Assembly: GCA_004367365.1 (NCBI GenBank)
Contig: SESX01000003.1
Coordinates: 1-42,383 of the forward strand
Length of the DNA stretch: 42,383 nucleotides
Reading direction: 5' to 3'
From: Candidatus Acetocimmeria pyornia
GTDB lineage: Bacteria; Bacillota; Sulfobacillia; UBA3575
Shown here: positions 19,275 to 28,052 of the stretch, piece by piece
How positions within the stretch are numbered: position 1 is the first letter of the stretch
Layout: each line of letters opens with the position of its first letter
Position numbers and translations under genes: made by a program
The notes under the pieces: generated by a model
Database searches by the model: none
The model's input: the letters and a program-made list of their open reading frames with translations, nothing else
What the model was told of the DNA's origin: nothing

Positions 19275-20669
19275 CTAGCCCTTCCCCCTGCGGGCACCCA
19301 CAGCTGCCCCCACCGCCAGGACCAGCATACTCACCCCCAGACCGGGGTACAAAGGGTCCACGCCCTTGGGGACCAGGAGGCTCCAGAGAACCACTACCAG
19401 CGGAGCGGCCACCACGGCCGCCACCCCGGCCTTGGGCGGAACCAGGCCTCGGAAAAAGATTGCAGCCAGCAACGGAAAACAGATGGTGGCACCACGGAGA
19501 GCCATGGAGAGAAAACTCCACCCGAGGATCATGGACGAAAGATTACCGGCCACGAAAACCGCGGAAAAAGCGGTAATGCCCGCAACGATGATCCGCATCA
19601 CCCACAGCCTCTCCCGGCTCGTAGCTCCAGGCCGGAAAAGGTGTGCGTAAACATCAGTGGTAAGCATGGTGGCTGCACCAAGGGTCAGGCCGGCAGCGGT
19701 TCCAATGACAGCAATGATGAGGGTCGCCAGAACTACACCACCGATCCAGGGATTCAGGTGTTCAAGGACAAAGCGGGGGAAGGCCTGGGCCGGGTCGATG
19801 GTGGGTTGAGTGATCTTCATATACCAGCCCACCAGGATTCCCGCAAAACCGAGGGGGACCATGAAAACCGCACTCAAGAGGGCCCCCCGCCGGGAAGTAG
19901 CCACATCCCGGCCAGAGAAAATGGCCTGGATGTAAGTTTGGGTTGACAGCACCCCGACCACAACCGAAAAGCCGGCCGCCAGGTCTTTACTCAACCCACG
20001 GCCGAAGAGGCTGAAGTAAGGATATGAAGGCAGGGAAGCGCGGATGGAACCTAGGCCCCCGGCCAAGTGGTAAGCCCAGTACCCGGCCACGACAAGACAT
20101 AGGTACAAGAGAAAGGATTTCAAGATTCCAACCCGACCGGCACCCCAAACACCACCCGAAGTGACATACGCCACCACCATGGTCACCGCCAGCACCGCCC
20201 CGGCAGCGGTAGAGATCCCAAGTAGGCTGGAGATCATGGCCGTAGCCGCCAGGATCTGGGGAATAATGTTGAGAAACATCCCCATGGAGACGAAAATTAC
20301 TCCGTATACTGCTGCCTGCGGACCATAGACCCGGCCCAGGTAGCCGGTAACCGTCTCCAGGCCGGCCTGGCGCAGGGGACGTGCCAGAAACAGTGCCAGG
20401 AGCAAGCAACCAAGACCAGAACCAAGGGCAAACCACCAGCCGCTCAAACCCACCTTGAACGCCATCTGGGCTGCACCAACAGTACTGCCGCCTCCAAAAA
20501 GGGTGCCCACGATGGTACCCGCCACCACGGCGGCACTGGCCTGGTTTCCACCCACCGAGAAATCCTGCACCGTCTTAACCCGGCGGCCGGTCGAGATCCC
20601 CACGGCGGCAACAAGGACAAAGGTCAGTCCAATACTTACCAGGTACGGAAAGCTTTCGATTGCCGTCAC
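19275..20669 (-). CDS. Sodium:solute symporter (SSS family)
   Basis: DFSVGG, GGGSTVGAAQMAF, QTYIQAIFS; about 13 hydrophobic segments. Confidence 0.9.
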   Translation of the reverse strand: MTAIESFPYLVSIGLTFVLVAAVGISTGRRVKTVQDFSVGGNQASAAVVAGTIVGTLFGGGSTVGAAQMAFKVGLSGWWFALGSGLGCLLLALFLARPLRQAGLETVTGYLGRVYGPQAAVYGVIFVSMGMFLNIIPQILAATAMISSLLGISTAAGAVLAVTMVVAYVTSGGVWGAGRVGILKSFLLYLCLVVAGYWAYHLAGGLGSIRASLPSYPYFSLFGRGLSKDLAAGFSVVVGVLSTQTYIQAIFSGRDVATSRRGALLSAVFMVPLGFAGILVGWYMKITQPTIDPAQAFPRFVLEHLNPWIGGVVLATLIIAVIGTAAGLTLGAATMLTTDVYAHLFRPGATSRERLWVMRIIVAGITAFSAVFVAGNLSSMILGWSFLSMALRGATICFPLLAAIFFRGLVPPKAGVAAVVAAPLVVVLWSLLVPKGVDPLYPGLGVSMLVLAVGAAVGARRGKG

Positions 20670-20766
20670 CCTTTACCACCAAACATCGTTCATTCCTAGT
20701 CCCTCCACCCCTCGGACCGCTGCAACTGGTTTCGCGCCGGAGTACCCCGCACCGGTGGTACGGCGG

Positions 20767-20826
20767 GTTTTTGACCTTTCGTGGTACCGGCAGTCTCAAG
20801 GCCCCTTAAAGGACGCCCCCAAAAAT
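20767..20826 (+). repeat. R1 repeat, degenerate copy
   Basis: GTTTTTGACCTTTCGTGGTACCGGC...CCAAAAAT, 60 bp. Confidence 0.55.
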
Positions 20827-20889
20827 AACTGCTGCCTGCCGAAGTTTCCGTCTTTCCAATCCTGCCGGCCTTCAGGGGGCAGGTCCGGT

Positions 20890-21792
20890 CTAACCCTGGT
20901 CCAGGATCTCACGGAGCCGGGCGGCATAAGCCGCACTCTCTTCGTCGTCAGTTACCAGTTCGATCTTGTCCGGGGAATCAACTCCCAGGCCCAATTCCAC
21001 CGCCCGCGCAATCTGCTCCTGGTCGAAGATTTTCTTGGACATGATGTCCTCGTTGCTACCCAGGTCCTTCAAAACAGCCACTCCCACTGCGTCAACTGCC
21101 ACCCGGTCAGTACCAGTGACAAATACACTAGCCTTCTTCCGAACACCCTGGTCTGGCCCACCGTCCACAAAGACATCCACCCCGTCCATCACGATCAACT
21201 CCGGACGGTAGCAAAGGTTGATTTCGGTGATCATCTTTCTCATGTTGGGAGAACCGTGCATCTGTCCCATGAAATCATAGCCCCGCCTGGGGACCAGGCC
21301 CACTCCCAGCTTCAGTGCCATGCTGATCACCCCACCCTTGCCGTGGGTTTTGAGACAGCAGGTGGCAACAATACACTCGGCGTCCCGAACTACCTTCGGG
21401 TAAACAAAACCCTCCGGCCAGTTTCCGTTTTGCGGACGAAACTCTACCCAGTGATCTGTATCGTTTTCGTCTAGATCGATAAACCGCACGCCCAGCTTCT
21501 CGAACAATCGGTCATAACCCTTGTCCCGAACCACATCCGCAGTGAGAGGCGGGCCGCTCCTTTCAGCGACCAGTACGCTGCGCGCCCCCATCTCCCTAAG
21601 CTTCAGGATCAACTCTTCCAGGGTAGCCAGGTCAGTTGAACCAGGGGCCGGGTCTGCGGTGTTGAAATTGGGTTTCACAAGTACTTCCTTACCCTTGACC
21701 GGGTTAACCCCCAACAGTTCAATCGACCGTCTCACTCCAGCATGCCGGTCCGAAGTCCTTACAAGGGCAACCTTGGTTTTGGTCATCCTCAT
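20890..21792 (-). CDS. DUF362-family protein
   Basis: VLVKPNFN, LKTH, SMALKLGVG, MDG, DRVAVDAVG. Confidence 0.85.
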   Translation of the reverse strand: MRMTKTKVALVRTSDRHAGVRRSIELLGVNPVKGKEVLVKPNFNTADPAPGSTDLATLEELILKLREMGARSVLVAERSGPPLTADVVRDKGYDRLFEKLGVRFIDLDENDTDHWVEFRPQNGNWPEGFVYPKVVRDAECIVATCCLKTHGKGGVISMALKLGVGLVPRRGYDFMGQMHGSPNMRKMITEINLCYRPELIVMDGVDVFVDGGPDQGVRKKASVFVTGTDRVAVDAVGVAVLKDLGSNEDIMSKKIFDQEQIARAVELGLGVDSPDKIELVTDDEESAAYAARLREILDQG

Positions 21793-21995
21793 ACCCCCCA
21801 GGTATTGGCAAAGATTCGCACGCCCATTTTCCCCAATCTAATCCCAGCCTTCACGTCTATATTACTCCATTACTCCAGCTGTCTGATATTTCCTGCCTGA
21901 GCCTGCTCCTACTTCCCGGAACCCCTGGAGGTTCTCTCCCTGCCGTCGGTGAAATACAATTAAGAACAAAGGTCTTCAGGAACTAGGCCTCACCC

Positions 21996-22808
21996 TTGGC
22001 TCCTTGGCCCTGGAGGCACCGGACTAAGACTGGGGGGTCCTCTATCTCCACCTTTAAGCTGTGGTTCCTCCCGAGGAGGAAATTCTTTTTCAGCCTGATC
22101 GCCCTCACCGGGCTCTTGGCCTTTGGAACCATGACCCTGGCCGCGGTACTCACCACCGCTGGGAGGTCACCGGTTCTGAAGGGCAGAACCATCGTTGTTG
22201 ACCCCGGCCACGGCGGGATTGACGCCGGAACTGATTACGGTAGGTACTACGAGAAAGACATCAACCTCACGGTCAGCAGGGTCCTGCGCGCTCAACTGAC
22301 CCGGGAAGGTGCCAGGGTGATCACCACCCGGGACCGGGATACCGACCTTAGTCACCTCTACCCTGAGGGTTCTACCCGTCAACGACGTGACCTGGCCGCC
22401 AGGGTGCAGATTGCCCGCACCCATAACGCCGAGGTCCTGATCAGCCTTCACTGCAACTGGAGCTGGAAAACATACCACCGGGGTCCCATTGTTTATTACC
22501 AGGTGGGACGGGAGGACAGCAGGCTCTTGGCGGAAGCCGTCCAACAGGAACTAAACAAGGTTCAAGAGGGGATCCGTAAAATACCAAGGCCGGCAGAGTT
22601 CTACATTCTCCGGGAAAGCCCGATGACAGCCATCATTATCGAAATGGGCTTTCTTTCCAACCCGACCGACCGTCGCCTTCTCAATCAACCTGAATACCTG
22701 AAGAAACTGGCCCGGGCCATTATCGAAGGGCTGGAAACATATATCCAGGTCCGGGAGTTGTACCGCGGATTGTACGGCCCGGTGCCGATGAACTACTTAC
22801 CCCGGTGA
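21996..22808 (+). CDS. N-acetylmuramoyl-L-alanine amidase (Amidase_3, CwlD-like), membrane-anchored
   Basis: IVVDPGHGGID, EKDINL, DLAARV, ISLHCN, IIEMGFLSN. Confidence 0.88.
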   Translation: MAPWPWRHRTKTGGSSISTFKLWFLPRRKFFFSLIALTGLLAFGTMTLAAVLTTAGRSPVLKGRTIVVDPGHGGIDAGTDYGRYYEKDINLTVSRVLRAQLTREGARVITTRDRDTDLSHLYPEGSTRQRRDLAARVQIARTHNAEVLISLHCNWSWKTYHRGPIVYYQVGREDSRLLAEAVQQELNKVQEGIRKIPRPAEFYILRESPMTAIIIEMGFLSNPTDRRLLNQPEYLKKLARAIIEGLETYIQVRELYRGLYGPVPMNYLPR

Positions 22809-22976
22809 ACGAAGATCGTGAACTGCACTTTTCTGCACTGCTCAAGAAGGGCATTTCTGCCCCCTCGCAACTTCAGCGCGTTGCCTCCAGGGGAGTAACG
22901 TCCCGCCGTCCCGGAGGGCAGGAAAGCACCAGGCAGCTCCCAGGGCCAACCCTCAGGCCACCGGCTTCCTGACGCC

Positions 22977-23732
22977 TTACCCTTCTGTCGGCCCCCAACC
23001 TGCAACCGGGACAACCGGTGGTACACAGCCGGCCTGAACCGGGAGCAACCGTTTATCCTGCCACTTCAACACCGTTACGGAACCCGGGGGTATCTGCACA
23101 TTCCAGAGCTTCTCTGGATCCCAACCAAAGGCATCACTCCAAAGGACCCGGACAGGCCCACCGTGGGTTACCACCACCACAGGCCTGCCCCTTCCCTCCC
23201 GAGGTCCTCCAGGTACTCCCCACTCGTCGTTCCGAGTCCCTACCCGGGAACTGGTCAGAGAAGGGGAGCCCTCCTCATCTTTCTTTCCCCTTTTGTCCTC
23301 TTGGTCCTCGTAATCAAGCACCTCGGCCAGGACTTCCCGGACCCGTTCCCGGACCTCCATGATGCTTTCTCCGCCTGGAACCGGGTACGAAGGGTCGGAG
23401 AACCAGCGGTCCACCTCCACGGGCCACCTGCTCCAGATTTGGGCCAGGGTCAATCCTTCCCAACAACCGAAGTCCATTTCCCGCCAGCGCGGGTCGGTAA
23501 TGAGGTGCCAGGGATGGCCCAGCCGGGAACCGATAGTACGGGCTGTTTGCACGGCCCGGCCAAGGTCACTCGAATATATTCTCTGCACCGGCAACCCGGC
23601 CAGGAAACGGCCGAGATCCTTCACCTTCCGCCACCCGGAAAGGGTCAAGGGTTCATCCCCGTGACCCAGGTACCTTCCGACACTGTTCGATTGAACCTCT
23701 CCGTGCCGTACCAGGTACAATAACACCGCCAA
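22977..23732 (-). CDS. cobC: Histidine phosphatase, alpha-ribazole-5'-phosphate phosphatase
   Basis: LVRHGE, SSDLGRA, EMDFGCWEG, VVTHGG; last gene of the cob unit. Confidence 0.8.
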   Translation of the reverse strand: MAVLLYLVRHGEVQSNSVGRYLGHGDEPLTLSGWRKVKDLGRFLAGLPVQRIYSSDLGRAVQTARTIGSRLGHPWHLITDPRWREMDFGCWEGLTLAQIWSRWPVEVDRWFSDPSYPVPGGESIMEVRERVREVLAEVLDYEDQEDKRGKKDEEGSPSLTSSRVGTRNDEWGVPGGPREGRGRPVVVVTHGGPVRVLWSDAFGWDPEKLWNVQIPPGSVTVLKWQDKRLLPVQAGCVPPVVPVAGWGPTEG

Positions 23733-23776
23733 ACCTCCCCACGGCTAGCTTCCTTTCCTTGGGCCTTTGTTTAGGC

Positions 23777-24871
23777 TCACGACATGAGGGTTTCCTTTAA
23801 ACCCGCAACAAGTGCTGCATTGTCAGCTGGTCCGCGCACAGCCACCCGGAAAAAATAGGGGTCTAAGCCCTGGAAGTTGGCACAGTCCCGGATCAGGATC
23901 CCCCGCCGGGCCAGGGCCTGGCTGAGGTGGGAAGCAGTGAGACCGGTCTGGAAACAGTTGACCAAGATGAAGTTGGCCGCCGGGTGGTAGGGTTTAAGCC
24001 CCGGGATCACAGACAGGTCCCGGTAAAGGTTCTCCTTCTCCTTCACAATCAAGTCCCTGGTGGCAGCTATGTACTCCTCATCCTCCAGGGAAGCTGTCCC
24101 AGCCACCTGGGCCAGGATATTAACCCGCCACGGAACGGCCCGTTTCCTCAACTCCTCCAGGGTGGCCGGCATCCCAACCAGGTACCCCAGTCTGAGCCCC
24201 GGCAGGGCGAAAAACTTGGTCAGGGAGCCGAGGACTAAAACCCGGTCCATGGTCACCGCCACTTCCACCATAGAATAGTCTGCCGGCCGTGGGATGAAAT
24301 CCAGGAAGGCCTGGTCCACCACCAGCCAGGAATCACGTGCCCTGACCACCTCGGCAAGGTCCAGGAGTTCTTCCTTGGAGACCAGGGTCCCGGTGGGATT
24401 ATTGGGGTTGCAGATAAACACCAGGTCCCTGTTTGCCAAGAAGTCTTCCCACCCGCCTTCCGGCATCCGGAAACAAAAACCGTCGGCAGCCCTGAGGGCC
24501 ACCGGTCCGAAATCACTGCCCGCAGCAGCCCGCCGGTATTCGGAAAAGGTGGGCAGTAAGGTTACCAGCCGCCCCGGGTTAACCCAACCACCAACCAGGC
24601 CGATGAGTTCCGCAGCCCCGTTTCCCACCATCAGGTTCTCGGGCCGTACCTCCAGGTAACGCGCCAGGGCAGCACGCAGTGCAGTACTGGAAGGGTCCGG
24701 GTAGTGCTTGACCCACAACAGGTTGTCTCGGATGGCTTCCAGGGCCCTTGGGGATGGCCCCAGGGGATTAATGCTGGCACTGAAATCAATGAGTTCATCA
24801 ACCCCAAGGCCGAGTCGTGCTGACTCTTTCCACACATTCCCACCGTGTTCGTCGGCCTGCTCATTCACCAT
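23777..24871 (-). CDS. cobD: L-threonine-O-3-phosphate decarboxylase
   Basis: HGGN, DFSASINPLG, CNPNNPTG, SLTKFFALPGLRLGY, LIRDCANF. Confidence 0.92.
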   Translation of the reverse strand: MVNEQADEHGGNVWKESARLGLGVDELIDFSASINPLGPSPRALEAIRDNLLWVKHYPDPSSTALRAALARYLEVRPENLMVGNGAAELIGLVGGWVNPGRLVTLLPTFSEYRRAAAGSDFGPVALRAADGFCFRMPEGGWEDFLANRDLVFICNPNNPTGTLVSKEELLDLAEVVRARDSWLVVDQAFLDFIPRPADYSMVEVAVTMDRVLVLGSLTKFFALPGLRLGYLVGMPATLEELRKRAVPWRVNILAQVAGTASLEDEEYIAATRDLIVKEKENLYRDLSVIPGLKPYHPAANFILVNCFQTGLTASHLSQALARRGILIRDCANFQGLDPYFFRVAVRGPADNAALVAGLKETLMS

Positions 24872-25979
24872 CCGCCACCCCCTCTCCCCCCTCGCCAGGC
24901 AGGGTCACAAGCACGGCACCACCCCCGGTTAGTTCTGTCGGCCAGAGCCGGCAGCCGGGAAGGTTTTCCGCCAAGTATGGAAACACTTCCCGGGCCTGAA
25001 CCTTCCGGGGGTCAAAAAGCACCCCCACCACCGTTCCGCTGTGGGCCACGTTAACCCCCAGGGCTCCGCACTTTTTGGCCAGGGCCAAGGCCGGTTCGAA
25101 AACCGGATTGGGGAAGTTTTCCTGTTTGACACGGGCACTGAGGGTGGCTCCAAGGGCAATACTCTCGGGACAACCCGTAGCGAACCCAAAGGAGATATAA
25201 TCCCAGGCGGCCCGGATTACCGGTTCATTGGCCCGGTTTAGATCAACCAACCCTTCCCGGCGGTTAAAGGCCACCGTATCCACCGAACCCCCAGGGTCAA
25301 CCACAATGACCTCCATGGGTGGGGGATGGCCAAGTTCCTCGAGAAGAACTCCACCCAGGTGGTCAAAGGCAACCACTCCCGGGTACATGATCCCGTCGCT
25401 CGGTTCAATGGAGACTGCAAGGGCTGCCAGTTCGTCCGGTCCGGGCACCTCTCCAGTCAGAGCCGCCGCAGCCAGGGCCGCAGCCGTGATATCGGCCGTA
25501 CTGCTGCCACAACCTTTGCCGGCCGGTAGCTGGGAGTAAAGGGTGACGGTCACCTCCACCAGGCTGATCATACCGGGGGTGGTCCTGCCCAGGGTCTGCC
25601 GGACGGCCTTGAGGGTCTTCTCCGCAGCCGGGCCACAAGCGCCCCTCGAGCCTTGTTCAGCAGTCGCAGCCCCTGCCCGGCATTGAAAGTGTCTCACAGG
25701 CGGAGAAGGGCCCAGGCGGCCCGGTCCTTCCATTTTCTTTCCCGGTTCTGTCCGGCCACCGCTCACCGTGGCCTCCGAGCCGGGGATAAACTGTCCCAGG
25801 AGCCGGGAGTCTCCAACCGGCTTGCTCCCCACCGCTATTTCCACTACCGACCACTGGTTAACAGGACACGTGACCAGGAAATACTCCCCGTCCAGAAAGC
25901 CCTGGAGGAGTTCACCACAGGTTCCAGGGGCACGGGCAACAGCCCGGCCGTGCAGAACCTTCCTTCCTTGCGTCCCCAT
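24861..25979 (-). CDS. pduX: GHMP-family L-threonine kinase
   Basis: PGTCGELLQG, PAGKGCGSSTADI, IEPSDG, VAHSGTVVG. Confidence 0.88.
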   Translation of the reverse strand: MGTQGRKVLHGRAVARAPGTCGELLQGFLDGEYFLVTCPVNQWSVVEIAVGSKPVGDSRLLGQFIPGSEATVSGGRTEPGKKMEGPGRLGPSPPVRHFQCRAGAATAEQGSRGACGPAAEKTLKAVRQTLGRTTPGMISLVEVTVTLYSQLPAGKGCGSSTADITAAALAAAALTGEVPGPDELAALAVSIEPSDGIMYPGVVAFDHLGGVLLEELGHPPPMEVIVVDPGGSVDTVAFNRREGLVDLNRANEPVIRAAWDYISFGFATGCPESIALGATLSARVKQENFPNPVFEPALALAKKCGALGVNVAHSGTVVGVLFDPRKVQAREVFPYLAENLPGCRLWPTELTGGGAVLVTLPGEGGEGVADGE

Positions 25980-26316
25980 AAAACCCCCTACTCCCGCCAA
26001 CGCCGGTCTTCTTCCGGCCCGGGCCGGCTTCCCTAACTGGTCTCATTCACCCCGGGCCCTTCATGCCAATATCCCGGTGTCCCGGCACAGGCCTCCCGAA
26101 CCCCAGGCCTCTAACCACTGTTGAACATTCTTCAGCCGGTCCTTGAACCAGACATCCACCCCTCAAGCCGTGCATCTCGACCAAAACGTTCCTGTCGCCG
26201 GACGCCAGTCAAAGCGAAAATTCGTGAACCGTTACAGGCTAGAGTGCGTGGCGGACAGGGGCTTCCCCAAGTGCTTTGACTGGGCCCGAGCAACCCCCAG
26301 AACCTTGGGTACAGGT

Positions 26317-27069
26317 TCAGGACAGGGCGGATAACAACGCCAGAAAAAAAAGGGTGGCCACCTCAACAATCTCGTTGATGGCACCGTAGACATCCCCGGT
26401 CAGGCCTCCCAACCGCCGGGCCACGAGTACAGCCCCGAGCCCACCCACAAGTGAAGCCCCACCCGAAACCAGCAAGCCCGTCCAGCCTAGAACCAGCCAG
26501 GCCGCCACCCCTGTGGTTGCCAGGGCAATGACCAGTTCCCTGCTTCCGGTACGTTCAGCGAAAACCTGGCCCATACCGCCCTCAACCCGGGCATACGGGT
26601 AGAAGACCATGGCCAAGACCATCGCCCACCGGCCGAGAACAGGGGCCAGAACAAGGGCAGGGATTAAGAACCGGCCGGGTAGTAAGGCGGTAATAAAACC
26701 AGCTTTCAAAAAGAGAACCAAGAAAAGGGTTATGGCCCCCATGGAACCCAGGCGGCTGTCCTTCATGATCCGGAGGATACTTTCCCGGTCTGCTTTGCCA
26801 CTCAACAACCCGTCCGCAGTATCCATCAGTCCGTCCAGGTGCAAACCACCGGTCAGAAGCACCCAGGCAGCCAGGGTCAAGACAGAAACCGTCACGGGCG
26901 GGAAAACCCGGACTGCCAGCCACGTGACACCGGCCAACACCCCGCCCAAAACCAGCCCCACCAGTGGAAACAAGGCCGCCGCCTGGCTCCTTTCTTGCAC
27001 CGACTTCAACTCCACGTTGGGAAGGGGAAGACGGGTAAGAAAAGTAAAAGCCCAGATTAGCCTTGACAT
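26317..27069 (-). CDS. cobS: Adenosylcobinamide-GDP ribazoletransferase (cobalamin synthase)
   Basis: FLTRLP, TGGLHLDGLMDTADG, IMKDSRLG, GGLTGDVYGA. Confidence 0.95.
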   Translation of the reverse strand: MSRLIWAFTFLTRLPLPNVELKSVQERSQAAALFPLVGLVLGGVLAGVTWLAVRVFPPVTVSVLTLAAWVLLTGGLHLDGLMDTADGLLSGKADRESILRIMKDSRLGSMGAITLFLVLFLKAGFITALLPGRFLIPALVLAPVLGRWAMVLAMVFYPYARVEGGMGQVFAERTGSRELVIALATTGVAAWLVLGWTGLLVSGGASLVGGLGAVLVARRLGGLTGDVYGAINEIVEVATLFFLALLSALS

Positions 27070-27080
27070 GGTCAGCCTCC

Positions 27081-28052
27081 TTAAAATGCCACCACCGCCC
27101 CGAAAAGGGCTCCCCGTATCAATAGTCCGGAAACAAAAGCCATGAAGGAAGCCAGGTACATGAGCCTAACAGCCTGGTCCAGGTCATGAACTGTCGGCGG
27201 CGGGAAAGAAGCACCCAGGTAAGGACGCCGCGCAGGCCGGCCCTGGTAGTAGTTCGTCCCTCCAAGCCGCACCCGTAAGCTCCCGGCCACCGCTGCCTCT
27301 GGGTAGCCTCCATTGGGGCTGGGGTGTTTCCAGGCATCCTGCCGGACAGTCCTCCAGCCGCACGAGGCTCCAAGCCCGAAAAAGACCGCAGCCAGCAACA
27401 GGAACACTACGGTCAGGCGCGCCGGAATAAAGTTAGCCAGGTCATCCAGGCGGGCCGCAGCCCAACCAAAATCCCGGTACTTCTCGTCCCGGTACCCAAC
27501 CATGGAATCCAGGGTGTTTACCGCCTTGTAAGCCAAGGCCAGGGGAACCCCGCCGAGGAAAAGATAAAAGATCGGGGCCACCACCCCGTCGGAGGTATTC
27601 TCGGCTACCGTCTCGATACAGCCCCTGACGATCTCTGGTTCATCCAGGTTACCGGTATCCCGTCCCACGATCCAGCCTAGGCTCCGGCGTGCCTCCTCAA
27701 TTTCCTCCACCTGAAGAAAATCCTTCACCCGCCGGGCAGCCTGGCCCAGGGATTTAACAGCCAATACCGTGGAAACCAGCCAGACCTCAACCAGTACAGC
27801 AACCACGGGTGCGCTCCCAGAAAGGGTCCGCAGCAGCCAGGAGGCAGCCAGGTAGGTTGCGCCCACCACCAGGAACACCAGGAGGAGGCCGGCGACCCGG
27901 CGGCTGAAAGGTGTTCGTGCCAGCCGCAGCATCACCTTCTCCATCCAACTGGTCAGCCGCCCCATGCCCACCACCGGGTGGGGCAGCCAGGCAGGGTCCC
28001 CGATGATCAAATCAAGGGCAAACCCGACCGTCACAATCAACAAGAAGGTCAC
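27081..28052 (-). CDS. cbiB: Adenosylcobinamide-phosphate synthase
   Basis: GDPAWLPHPV, IVGRDT, AENTSDGVVAP, YKAVNTLDSMVGY, HPSPNGG. Confidence 0.95.
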   Translation of the reverse strand: MTFLLIVTVGFALDLIIGDPAWLPHPVVGMGRLTSWMEKVMLRLARTPFSRRVAGLLLVFLVVGATYLAASWLLRTLSGSAPVVAVLVEVWLVSTVLAVKSLGQAARRVKDFLQVEEIEEARRSLGWIVGRDTGNLDEPEIVRGCIETVAENTSDGVVAPIFYLFLGGVPLALAYKAVNTLDSMVGYRDEKYRDFGWAAARLDDLANFIPARLTVVFLLLAAVFFGLGASCGWRTVRQDAWKHPSPNGGYPEAAVAGSLRVRLGGTNYYQGRPARRPYLGASFPPPTVHDLDQAVRLMYLASFMAFVSGLLIRGALFGAVVAF

